In this document: positions 12,090 through 25,800 of the stretch, in pieces | Layout: each line of letters starts with the position of its first letter | Numbering within the stretch: the stretch's first letter is position 1 | NCBI GenBank assembly: GCA_965202585.1 | Contig: OZ241829.1 | Span: 58,962,001 to 59,026,000, forward strand | Origin: Thalia democratica | Taxonomy: Eukaryota | Reading direction: 5' to 3' | Length of the DNA stretch: 64,000 bases | Translations under genes and position numbers: made by a program | Notes under the pieces: model-generated | Database searches by the model: none | The model's input: the letters and a program-made list of their open reading frames with translations, nothing else | Told to the model about the DNA's origin: nothing

Positions 12090-13630
12090 AAAAAATGTTT
12101 AATTCTTAGAAAACAAAGTCAGAATGTTTTGTAGTTTTTAATGTATATTTTTATGTAATGGTTACTAATATTTTTAATCAAACTATAACTTAAATTAGTT
12201 TCAAGTTATGTGTTAATGATCAATTTTTTGAAGAATTCACCCACTATTTTAACCATAATCAATAAGAATACATCATTATTCTTTTTTGTTACACTTCAAG
12301 ACTCTATTAATTAAATGTTTAGAGCGATGTTTCTTAAAATGTTCAAAGAAACCACTACTGAGCAAAACAGTAAAGAGGATGACGAAAGTTGTAAAAAACA
12401 GTAAGCAGTAAAATATACAGAAGTTTCTGTTAACATTATTATATAAGTTTTCAATTTTTGATAAAAAAAAACTATACTTTTTAATTCAAACTTGGCTTTG
12501 GTATAAATTTTTAAAAAATTAAAAGTAGAAATTAAAATAATTAAAATCACCTTATTTTAATAAACGTTCTTCTTATGTTCAAAGGCAAAGTTGCAAGAAT
12601 TGAGTATGGAGTAAATCTAGCGGTTGTAAATCCTACAGTTTTTTTAATTTAGTTAATCATCTAATATCGAGTTACCAAGGTCAAAAATTAAAACTTGGAA
12701 AACAGCTTTGTAGTATGGTACTAAAAATAAAGTTAGAGAAAAAAACTATAACGAATTGTTTTGAATGTTTTCTTGCAATTGTCCTTCTAAATTTTAAACC
12801 TACTAAAATGTTAGTTAGTGTATTTCAAATAAGTAATCATTTCTTAACAAGCACTAAAATTGTATATCTATTTTTTAATTCACTGCTAGAAAAACTTACA
12901 AAAAGTATCATTTTGGATGCAAAATTTGTATAAAAACACCAAAATAACTCTAACAAATAAAAGCTTAGATAAATATATATTTTTTATGTTTAAAACTTAT
13001 GTTATATTAAGTATGCTAACATAATTAAATCTATTTGTTTAAAAATAACAAATGAGAAGCATTAAATGTTTAACAAACTTTTAAGGTTCTAAAAGTATGA
13101 AAGACTTTTTTTTTAAAGAAAATTCAAAAAAATAAAAACAATAAGGATAAAGTAAAAAAAAACTTAGACTAAGTATTTCTACAAATTTTAAAACCTAATT
13201 GCAGTTGCTGTTGCAATATACGTTTCAAATTCAATACACGTTTCAAATAACTTTGTATACACCACACGGACCTCAAATGCGGTATATAAAGGTGGTGTAA
13301 CTACAAAGATGTTATTTACATACTGCAGTAGTTACCAGGGGGCAAAGCATTAAAAACCAGGTTCAAATGAAATTCTTATCTTAATTTGTTAAAACGATTT
13401 AGCAAATCAATTAGCAAGCATTTTATACTTTGTTCTACTTTTAACTACCCCAAAAAAGGTTTAGAAAAACAACATTTTGTTTAAATGTTTACAATTATTT
13501 ATTTGTTTTATACTTAAAACGGCAAAATCTTATCTAAAACGTAAAAAATAAGACTTATGTAACCTTGACTACTTTTTTCTTATAAAATTATTCAGTATTT
13601 GTTGTATATTTCTATTCTACAAAAACTTGT
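12090..13630. repeat. Copy 2 of the ~1.5-kb direct duplication
   Basis: Same blocks as 3990-5600; offset is 8,168 bp at the core; lacks the 5413-5567 segment. Confidence 0.9.
13204..13335. ncRNA. Candidate structured ncRNA (hairpin), copy 2
   Basis: Identical to copy 1 except C5043->T13211, which turns a C-G pair of the outer stem into U-G. Confidence 0.45.
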
Positions 13631-16600
13631 AAAAAATACTTTTGTATATTTTGTATTTAATTCCGATTAATAAGTCAAGGTATTATGCGTATTTCTAACA
13701 AAATGAGTATTTACACAACACTTGAATATATGTTTTAAAGCAAAGGTTGGTAAACTGCAACAAGAATTTTTTTAGCTTTTAAACAGCTTGTTATAAGAAA
13801 CAAAGTTTAAGATTCTATAAAAAAATTATTTACAAGTTTTATCGTATTTCTTTCGTAAATAAACAGTAAAGTGTTTTTATCGTTATTCATTACAATTTTC
13901 CTTTGATGAGCTTATTTAAAATGTTTATTATATTTTTAAAAGTACAACAGCTTCCAAAGACTTTTTTCTGACAAGTCTAACCTGCGAAAAACTTTTTGTA
14001 GTAAATATTAAATATGAGTTGTAACTTATGAAGGGCTACCGACCTCTGTTGTTAAGTTTCTAAGTCAATGTTAGTAAGAAGTTAGGTTATTATTTTATAT
14101 ATTCGATTTGAAGAAAATTAGCATAAGTCTTAATCTTTTATATTTACTTTCTACATTTTCAAACGAAACAGTTAATGGTTCAAAGTAGTTCATAATTGTT
14201 TTTTTTTGTTAAAATGCTTTACTTTAATTTTTAAGGAGGTGTTTACGTTACACAAACGAGCTAAAACTAAAAGTTTAGCTCTCTGTTAAGACAGTCAAAA
14301 AAAGTCTCCTGCAAATAATAAAGCTAGCATAAAACTAATTTAAGAATGAATTATAGAAATTTAAGCTAAAAAACATACTACATTATTTTAGTTTATTGTA
14401 AACGTTTCAGGGTGACTATTAATTACATACTGAGAAGTTTAGAGTTTTTTGTACTGTTTTTTTAATTATTTAGATATTTTACCCAAAAGTATAAATTAGA
14501 ACTGTAATTGAAAAGTTCTTATGAAATAAATTGTTATCTGTTTTAAAAATAATTTTTCATAGTGTTAGTTCCACTTTTATCATAATTAAAAAAGTTTAAA
14601 CTCATACAACATCAATTAAGAAACATCTTATACAGACTCGTTTAAAATAACTAAATAGACAGAAATTAATTACTGTTTACTGTTCATTTAATTTTGTATT
14701 GTTAATTAGTGAAGTAAATTTTTCTACTAAGTATGACACTTTTTTTTATAAATTTGTTTTTTGATTAGAATAACATTAAGCATAAAAAGTTAATATGTAT
14801 AATTGATGCTATTCTTTGAAACTTTATAAATTTACTGTATTTTATTGTTTATATAAACATTAAAAACTTAGGCATCTTGCGTGAGTGTAACATTTGTATG
14901 TAATATAACACTTTAAATAATCTCTTGTATAAAATATTACTGAGAAAACCATCACTCAACAACGAAAATTAAGTTAAATTTCAGAAAAAAGATGTAAAAT
15001 TTTCTTATATATTTCGATGATCAAAAATTACAAGATTAAGCTGAATATTTTTTAAGCTATATCTTAAACATATATCTCAGTAATGATGTTCTTACTTTAA
15101 AAAGTAAACGTACGTTAAGTAAATTTTACATGTTAAAAGCAATTAAATTAAGATTTTACCGTAATTATAGTAATCACTAGTAAAATTAGCTCGCATAACT
15201 GAGTTAACATCAATATTAACTTTTTAAAGTTATTAAAACTAAATTAATGATTTATCTGAGTTTATTTTTTAGAGTTCTCGTAATTAAACGTGCGTTTCTA
15301 AACTTCCTGTACTTCTAGTTTTTTACGCTTTGGCAACTTTATTGGTACATCTTTAGCTTAAGTATTGTATTCCTTAAAAATTATTATGTATTTATTCTAT
15401 AAAAATACTACTTAAGGCCACAAATATATAAATTTAATGTCTCGTAAACCGTTTTTAAAAACTATATAATCTAAATAATAGAAAAGTATCTAATAACATA
15501 AAAAAAATACGTGGAAAAATGAGATAAATGTATTCATCTATAATCTATGAATAAAAGGTACAACTTAAATGAACAACCAATATATAGCATAACTGCTTAC
15601 TAAATAAAAAGATAAAAAATAAGAAAAATTGATATACTTCTTATAGCGTCAAAAAGTTACATAAAAACTACAAAAACAAAACATTTATGTACATTGATAC
15701 TTACAAAAAATCTCTTAACATGCTAAGTTTGTATACGTTGTAAAATTTGTAAATACTATTAATTAAACCTACAACTTTTTTTAAATTTTTGTTTGATAAA
15801 TTATCTACATATTCTAAGGATAAAAATAGCATTTTTAAAACAAAAACTGGAATTATAAACAACTGTTTTATGAAAAGCTTTTTAAAGCAAATGACATGTA
15901 AATTTTTACAAATTTTTCAATCCAATAACTAAGCTCATTTTAAAGAATATAAATTTAAAGACCTTTTTTCGAGTTAAAAGTTATAAATAAAGCAACTAGA
16001 ATGAGTTTTTCTTTTTATTTTATTTTTTTAGCTTTCGTTTATATTAACAAACGAACTAGTGCCTAAACTAGTATATTCTTAAAAATATTAAAATATCCTT
16101 AGTTTTTCTTAGATTATACATAAATGAAATAAGTTAGCTTATTTTTTTATTTCATTTACAAAAAACAAACAAATTAGCTGTGAGCACTGATCAGCAAACT
16201 TTCTTAATTTCAAAAACTTTATCAATTACATTCAAACTTAAACAAATCTGTTTGTTTATTTCTATGTATTGAAATTTTTTGAAACAAGAAACAAACTTTT
16301 TTTAAATATTATAAAATAATTCAAAAGTATTACACTTGTTCAGATGAAATTTTGCTTTTAGAAACTTTACCAGGAAATCATTGAAAATAGAATAAAAACC
16401 AGTGTACTAAACAGATAAAACTTTAGTTAGATTAGTAGCAAGTAAATAGTACATTTTCAAGTAACAGATAATATTGTAACAAAACAATTATTTTGCTGAT
16501 TTTGAATATTTTGTAGTATAAAAATTCAAGGTATATATAACTTATACAATTAACTACGACAAAATCAACTGTAATGCAATTTATTGATAGAAATCGTATC

Positions 16601-19600
16601 GCCAAAAATATTAAAACAAGATTAATACGTTAAAATTCGTCTAAAAAACTTTAAACCTACTTATATCCATCATGAATAAATATGTCTAAGAGATTGTCTT
16701 AAAAAAAAGTTAGACAACTTATTAATCTTAACATAATTAGTTTAGTGCACTTTTAAAGATTATAACACGTTTAATTGTTTATTCAATTAAAAAACAGCTT
16801 AACTTGCTATGAACTTAAAACGTTTTAAAGTTTATACTTAAGGTAAGTCTTAGAAATTCTATTTAATTTCGTTTAATAACAACTTATAGTAACTATTTTA
16901 CCAGATTTTTTCCGGTGCATAATCTACTCAAGAAATATAACGAAACACATTTCATTTTTCCTTAAATTTATTTGAGTACTTTCGTAGTAAGTCTTATCAA
17001 AAACTCTATCACACTGAATTAAATTGAATTGAAATTGAAATAAGATTATACTGTAGTTTAAAGTTTTAAAATATAAAATGACGTAATGATCGAATGTAAA
17101 AACTAACTAAATGCTTAAACTGTAGAACTTTACTGTATGTACTAATAAAACTCGTTAAATTAAAATCAAACTAAAATAAACCAGCGATAAAAATGTAAAT
17201 AAAACTACACTTAAAAAAAATTATACGAATAACTAATTACTTTAAAATTACTTAATATAAGGATTTAAAAAGTTTAATTAACTAACTAATTTACCATATT
17301 TAAAGATAAGTTTAATTAGTTATATTTTATCAATTTTAACAATTTTGTTGTTTAAAATAAGTATGTAAAGTTTAGAATAGTTTGTATTAACCAAAATATC
17401 TAGGTAGAATATTTTTTACAAAATTCGCACGCTGTATAGGTGATACAGAAGCTAGACTATATGATATGCATCTAAAATTCAAGAAAAACCAGTTATTGTA
17501 AATTAAAACTGTTGAAGTACATTAATTGCAAAATTATGTTTGTAAAGTAATAAAATTAAGTAATTTTTAATCGTTTGATATAGTGCTGTAACAAACTCTG
17601 GTTTTAGCTTTAATATAGTTTTTTAATAACACACAACAGAATAATTTTTCTAATTAATTTATTAACATTATGGTAAATATAAGGTTCCAACATTGTTGAT
17701 GTAATTCTTTTTAAAACTAATATAAGATAAGTCGTGTTTAAATGTTCAAAACTAATTTTTAACTTATTTTTCTAAGCTTCAAAGTAAAGTAGAAAATTAA
17801 AGTTTTATTTAATTTAACCTATCGTATTTCTCTACAAATTTTAATAAAAGTCGAATAAATAAGCCACTTTTTGTGATCTTCTCTGTAATTTGTCTGTTAA
17901 AATGTAGTTTAAACACGCAATACACAAAACAAATATTGTTATAAAAACCTCAATATACTATTATAATTTTTTAAAGTATTAAGTTTATAAAGATGGCAAC
18001 AGAAGTTACTTATATTGTTACCTACATTATGGTTTCGTTAATATAATTGTTTTACAAAATAATCGATGTTTGATAAATTGTTTAATGCGTTATTTGTTTT
18101 ATTAAAAATTGCAGTCTTTTTATTTTCTAGATCCCTACCGCTTCGCAACATTGTGCCTGACAAATCACAGCTACCTTTTTCACCGTGCTTTAATCTATGG
18201 CCTGTGGGCATTACTGTATAAGCTGCAATCTCTAAAAACAAATTAGTGAAGAAACCGCTAAAGTGCAGTCTTAGTATATAAGAGGTGTCATTTCTGGAAA
18301 CACCAGACTCAATACACAGTTAAGTCTATGAGAAAGTGAAATGTTTAAGATAAGCCTTCTTAAAAGACTTAGTGTATGTTTTTTCAAAGTTAATATACAC
18401 TGCTGTATATTAAATTCTTTGGATATGTATTTGGAAAGTTTTATGTGTTACTGCGCGATTGACTCTTTAAAATCAAGAACTATAAAACTAGACAAAAAGT
18501 GCATTTGATTTAGTGTGCTACTTAATATCATTACTGCTCGTTTCAATATATAAGTTTGTATGTTTTAATGGTTACCGAAGTTTTCGATAAAAACATATTT
18601 AGACTGTAAGTATTTATCTAAAAAACTATTTTAAACAAAAATTGTGGTTTGAAAATTTGCTTGGTTAATACTTTAAAATGTTTATTTTTTCTCTTACTTA
18701 ACAACATCGAAGTTAGAAAAAGATTTAAACTAAATTTTAATTTCAAACACGTAGTAAGGTCATTTTACATTTGAGCAATCATTAAAATAGAAAACACATA
18801 AACAGTAGATATTTTACAACTTTTTGCAACTTCTCACACAGTGCAGTGTAATAGCCAGTGTTTTTTAGAATATTTATGGCCATTAAGAAAAATTAGAGTT
18901 GATCCGCTTAACAAGTGATATCTTTAAATGTTGCCCACCGTGCTAAACTAGCTTTAGGCAAGTTCACACTTAAATTGGTCATTATAACACAACAAATTGT
19001 GCTTAATACTTTTATTGACTGTACATTTGCATTATCAAATACCTTTTGAGACAAGTTTATAATACGTTTTAATATTTTGCGAAACTTGATTTAAATTGTG
19101 AGATAGTCAAAAAAAAATTCGTAACAAAATATGTTAATTGCTTTAGACATTTTCTCATTTTTTATTATCTCATGACAAGCTTTAAATTTTTGTTGATTTT
19201 TTTTAAGAATTCAGTTTCGACTTGAGCTGGCCAACTTGTATTAGTTTGAAAGTTGCTTGAGGTAGATTATATTTTTCTAAATCTAAGACAAAGAACGATA
19301 AGTTAAAAAGGTTAGAGTTAATAACTTCTTCAAGCAAATAAGTATTTTAACTATAAAATACTTTTTATATCTAATTACTGTTAACATTATTTAAGTTTAT
19401 TCAAATATATTTTTCTAGTTTCAAAACTAACTAAATAGTTTTAGTGCGATTTTTTAATTCAGTGTTTAGTTATTAATAAAAGCTACTGTATGAGTTAATA
19501 GATAAAAAAATTGCTATGAACATAAATTTTAAAACTATAATAAAACAATCAAACAAAGCATTAAAGTTAACAAGAGCATTACTTAGACAGAAGTTAAAAA

Positions 19601-19745
19601 TGTTTAAACATACTTTTCAAACTTAAGCATTGTTCTTGTGAGCTTTAATAATGAAAAAAAATAGTATTTTAGTTAATTTTTTTTTCTTGTTTAGATAGAA
19701 TAAATATAAAACTTTGTTGAATCTCAGTCTAGCCCATCTAAAAAG

Positions 19746-19812
19746 ATGAGTAGATGTTCAACATTAATTTCTTGCTTCGTTCTGGTAGCAGCCTTGGCAT
19801 TACAATCGCAAG
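19746..19812 (+). CDS. Exon 1: signal peptide
   Basis: ATG then MSRCSTLISCFVLVAALALQSQ (short basic N-region, hydrophobic core); donor G|GTAAGA at 19813. Confidence 0.8.
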
Positions 19813-22800
19813 GTAAGAACTGTTATGACGTTTTAAGAGAAAAAACTTATTGTAAATTCTTGCACTAAATCCAGTAATTGTCACGTGGAAGTCTGAGATA
19901 AGACAAAGTCGTCGGCGCGGTGGTTTTTGTAATGACATAACGACAAATAAACAAACCAGAAAAATCCCGCACACTACGCACTGGTTTGAACAAATTGCTT
20001 CTGTTTAAATTTTTGGCAGAGAATGAATACATCGCAAAAAGCTGCAGAGTTACTAGATTATTTTTAAGTTTTTGTAGCCGCTTTTACTTGTATGTATTAG
20101 CAACAGTGGTAGCGACAATAGCCTGCGGACAAAAATTATGTTGATTTAGCTGCTATCTAGTTTCGCCGCTTTAAAACGGTAATGGTGTAGGGAGGGGAGG
20201 GGATCTAAAAGACTAATACGGAAATTATTGCGACCACGAGCAGTATGGATCGATTCAATTATATATTTGGCTGTCGACTTTTTTTTCATTTAACCTTGAA
20301 TATAAACGTTAATCAGATTGTTAAAAAACCAATGAAGCTTAACTGCGACTCTAAAAACTAATTTTCGCTAGTTTTTTAACATACTTTTTAAGCTAACTTC
20401 AAACATATGTAGAGATAAAAATAATTAACAAAGTTTCTATTTAAAAGTGTGTAGCTGAGAAAATTCCTTTTAAACTCGATAAACTTTGTATATTTACATT
20501 ACTAAAAAAAATTTAGTAACCAAAAAAAATTACTAGTATGTACTATGAAAAAATATGTCCTAAATATTTTATGGCACTTTCAGTTAGAATCCAATGTATG
20601 TTAACATTTTTCAATACTGAACTTCAAACTGTAAAAATTCCGTGTTTTAACCTATTTAGAATTCAATACTTTGTTTTTCAGCTATTTTGAACTGCTACCA
20701 AGAATGCTCAGTTGCACCGGCAGGCATGGCTTGCTATGTCAACTCTCCGAAAGGGTACAAGTGTGTCTGCCCAGACAGTGATTTTGAAATGAACGGAAAC
20801 TGCGTTTGTGAGTATTGTTTTTTTTTTAACTTTGTAATACTTTTAAATCAGATGTTGTTCTTGAATACACAGAATTTTTTTTTATCAAAAAAAATATTTA
20901 ATGACAACTACTAGGGTGAAATTATTTTAAAAACAAAATTTTTTACTGAATGTATGTTTCCAACACAACTGAGTAACACGTTCTATAACAACAAGTCTAA
21001 AGGGATAATCATAGTTACATCGCACCATGATACTACGAACTTAATGTTTCGCATTCATTATGATTTGTTGCACTAAAGCTAAAGTCGTGTTAAGTTACTA
21101 AACTTACTCGTCTAGTTTTACCAGACAAAAATTGTTTTTACACAATTTTTTATCTATTCTAACTGTTATGACCACAAAGTTATAAATTAGTTTTTACACT
21201 AACTTTATCTAAACCCCTTTATAAAACGCAATTTTCAAAGCCTTTGTTGAAGTATTGTCAAATGTGTTTTCGTCAAAAAGTTGTCAAATAAATTTTTAAA
21301 GTCTAAATAAGTTTATACATATGTTTAGAGTAATTACATAAACTTCGAGATAAAACGGTATACGAACATCAACAATTAAACAGCAATAAAAGCTAAATTG
21401 CTAACTAAACTTTATACTGTTAAAACTCTTTTAGTTTAAATATTTTGTTTATTCTTTTTGTTGTCTTTGCTTATTTTGTAATTAAACTACCAAGTTGTAA
21501 AACAATTTTTCTTAAATACGTTACTTGAAAAATATTTTAGCTCGTTCAAAACTTTCTCCGTCGACCAACTGTGGGATGTGCCCTGAAGGCGCAAGCTGTG
21601 TCAGAACCTCCAGTACGAGCATGTGTCTCTGTGACTCTGGTCTTTACGGATTAGACGGAGTCTGTTACAGTAAGTCGAACTTATTTTAAATCTTTACAAA
21701 AAACTAATATATGTTCAGAAAGATGTAAAACTGTTGTTGTTTACGTAAACTAGTTTTATTTCATATGGATTTAAGATTAAAAATTAAGATATGATTATCA
21801 AGGTTCATTTAAAAGCGTATCTTAAACAGGTGCAGCAACCAACCTACCTGTACAACCGAAGACCACCAGTTCTTTAGGGACTTGTGCCACTGCACCGCCA
21901 TGCGATTCACCTTTTCCTGCGTCCAGATGCATTGCACGAGACCTGCAAGGGAACTCTGTTTGTCTTTGTCAATCTTCCCACATACTAACACCTACTGGCA
22001 GCTGTCAACGTTTGTTATTATTTCTTTGTTGAAACAAATAGCTGAACGAGTTTTTTAGGCATCCGCATTTAGAAAGCAATTTATCAAGTTAAGATTATTT
22101 TAGTTTTTTACACTCGTTGTAATTTTTAATAAAATAGTAAAACTTGCTAAAAAACGAATGTTTAATTTTTTCGCTTTGCAGCAAGAAGCGACTACGAAGC
22201 TTCTTTTAGTCGAAGATGTCCGAGATGTGTGGCCAACAGCCAGTGTCACCTTTACATGAGAAGATTCTGGTGTGTCTGTAAACCCGGATTTTTCGCAAGA
22301 AACGGAGTTTGCAACCGTAAGAAACTTTAGGCTCAGATACAATTTTTAAAAATCGTGTTACACAAATAAAAGCTTAATAGTTTAATTTTTTACTTGTTAA
22401 GTTTTTCAATTTTTTTTTTGTTAATTTTTAAAGCTAAATAATTATGCAGCAATAGTTCCTGTTATAAGAACGAAACCTATGACTACTCTGGCGCCTACAA
22501 TCCAACCTAGAAGTAAGTTATCTAGTATAATTTATTTTTTGTTATAAAGATTGTAGTAATTCAAATTATTTTTAATGCAAAAAACTAATAAACTTTTAGA
22601 TTATATAGTATACAATATACTTAAAACACAAAATCAAACTGTTATAGTAAAAATATTAAGTAGTGGAATTAAATTGATTAAATTTTTTTAATAACTAAGG
22701 TTATAAGTCTTTTTTAATGACTACTTAAGTTAAATTTAGTTGAAAAAACTACCTATACAACTATGAACATTTTTTTGAAACTAATTTAACAAAGATAAGT

Positions 22801-25800
22801 TACAAACAACTTTAAACTAGTTTGCATTTAATGTTAAATACTCGCAAAAATTATTATATTTTTTTCGAAGTAAATATAAAGTTTCATTATTTTTTGAAAT
22901 TTGTTTATGTAATTTCTATGGATTTTGAAATCCAGCTGTGACATAATTAAAAAAAAAACCATAAAACGATAAAAAATTTAAAGTGTTGAATTAAACCAAA
23001 CGGTATATATATTGTTTATTGAACGACAAAAAGAGCGCTAAAAATATACTGTTCTAAGACCTGGTGCACGAGAAACCTTTCGGTTATCGAGTCGCACTCC
23101 ACGGATACCTTTTAACGTCTTTTCTAGGACTGTATAGGACACAAAAGTGAACTTGAGCTTTAGTTTATATTAAGTTGCTTAGCAATATTTAAACACATAA
23201 AAGTAAAACAGTGTATCGTTGAAACAATTCCATTACTAAATTTTTACAACTTTTTTCTTATTTGTTTACTGTTTAAACTGTCTCTAAACACTACATGGTA
23301 CCATATTTCAGAAAAGCAAGCAGAATACCAAATTTTTTAAGATATATAAGTTAAATATTACAAAAACAATCTTGACACAAACAAACCCATAGATCATCAA
23401 AGCAAATTTTAATAAATTTGTGCACATTAAATGTTGAATAAGTGTTTTAAGATCCGAAAAACTAAAAACATCATAAACTAATTAAAAACTTGAAACTGAT
23501 TTTTAATTATAAAACCAAAGTTATAACACTTAATGTAAACTAAAATATCAACTGTGTATGGTAAAAAGTTGGAGTAAGGTAACATTTTTTTACGGTTTAC
23601 TTTAAATTAAGAAATATAATCAAAAATATTTTAGTTTTAATTAATTCTTTTGTTACAATAAAATTTCATGTGTAAATATTGATTATTTTTATTATTTAAT
23701 AAGTTTGATATACCTTATAGAAGTATGAAAATATTTTTTAAATATGTTAATAATCTAGGTTTTCATTTGAGATATACCACTGCGCATTAAGCTTTTATAG
23801 AAACAGTTAAACTATTTAGATTTATTTATCGTGCTTAATTCTTAACTTTAGTATTAATTTTAATAACTGAAAAATTCTAGTTGATAAACATTTTATGCTA
23901 GTTTTATAACCAACTTAATTTTTGAAACAGTCACATGCACACTGCCAAGACAACTGCCCATGAACGTCATAGTACCTGCAGTGCAAACGTACGCTGTTGG
24001 AGACCAGGTTGCACTTCAGTGCCCACCTGAATTTGACCAATCAGGTGCCACATTTACCCGATGCGGAGCTAATGGACAGTTTAGCGTAATTGATACTGTA
24101 TGCAAACAGAGTAAGTTGAGGCATTTTAACAATAAAAAGACTTTTAACTAGGTGAAAACTGAACTGTAGAATTGAAGTTTATTCGTTTAATAAGAAATTG
24201 TGTGCTTTATGTTCTACGAATTTAATCTTTATGTAAACTTACCTTTGAAAAAGATTCAAACTAAGATTTTTTTTAACAAAAAACCAACAAAGTTCCTAGA
24301 ATTTGCTAACCAAGTTTTTATTAATGCTTATCGCTAAAAAAACCTTATTTTTACAGAAGTGATCTATGGTGACTGGGAAATTGGAGAGTGCAGTGTCACT
24401 TGCGGCATGGGAACAAGATACGATGTTAGACAGTGCTTGCAAGGAGTATGCCGCGAAGGTCTTATCAGAGCTGAGCTTTGTCGACTTCCTGCTTGTGTAG
24501 CTTACAGCGATTGGAAATTGGGAACTTGCAGTGTAACTTGCGGCAGTGGAGTGCAAGTAGACACAAGGACGTGTTTGCAAGGAACCTGCACTGGAGAGCT
24601 TATGAGATCAACTCCCTGTGTTAGGGAAGTTTGCGCAGAGTACGGAGACTGGGAAATTGGAACTTGCAGTGCTGAATGCGGAATAGGAATGCGAAGAGAT
24701 GTAAGAGCTTGTATTCAAGGGACATGCACTGACAGCCTTGTAAGATCGGTTCCTTGTGAAGGATACGATTGTGAAGTGTACAGTGACTGGGTAGCAGGAG
24801 AATGCAGTGTCACTTGTGGAAGCGGAGTCAGCACTCATACCAGAACTTGTGTGCAAGGTAAATGCACGGAGAGCCTTATGAAAACAGTTCCATGTGAGCG
24901 AGAAGTTTGTGTAATGTACGGAAATTGGGTAATGGGAACTTGCAGTGTTGCTTGTGGTACAGGTGTTAGAGTTGATACAAGAGCTTGTATACAGGGTGCA
25001 TGTGAAAATCTTGTAAGAACAGTCACATGTGAACAAGAAGCATGTGTCGTTTATGGTGATTGGGAAACAGGATCGTGTAGTGTTACTTGTGGTCAAGGAG
25101 TAAGAGTCGAAACAAGGTTATGTTTACAAGGGGTATGCACTGAGGCTCTTTCAAGATCGTTTCCATGTGAAAGACAAGCTTGCATCGAGTATGGTGACTG
25201 GCAAATAGGAACTTGTAATGTTGCATGTGGAAAAGGAGTTAGAATTGACGTTAGAGAGTGTGTACAGGGAAATTGTGATGAAGATCTTGTAAGAACGATC
25301 CCATGTGAAAAGGAAGCTTGCGTTATCTATGGTGAATGGGAAATAGGAACTTGTAATGTTGCTTGTGGTACAGGAGTAAGAGTTGATAGAAGAGCGTGCG
25401 TACAAGGCGTATGTACTGAAAGCTTAATTAGATCTGTTCCTTGTGAAAAAGAAGCTTGTGTTATCTACAGTGACTGGGAAGCAGGATCATGCAGTGCTAC
25501 TTGTGGCTCGGGAGTACAAGTTTACAGAAGAACTTGCTTGCAAGGTGATTGCACCGAAGACCTTGTACGAAGAGTTCCTTGCGAAGGACCTGTATGCGTA
25601 GTTTATAGCGAGTGGTTTATAGGATCATGCAGTGCTACTTGCGGTTCAGGTGTAAGAGTTGACACTAGAGAATGTTTGCAAGGTGTTTGTACTGCAGATC
25701 TTCGAAGAACACTTCCGTGTGAGGAAAGCGTCTGTGTTGTATACAGCAACTGGGAAATAGGAACATGCAGTGTTGACTGCGGTACAGGAGTAAGAGTCGA

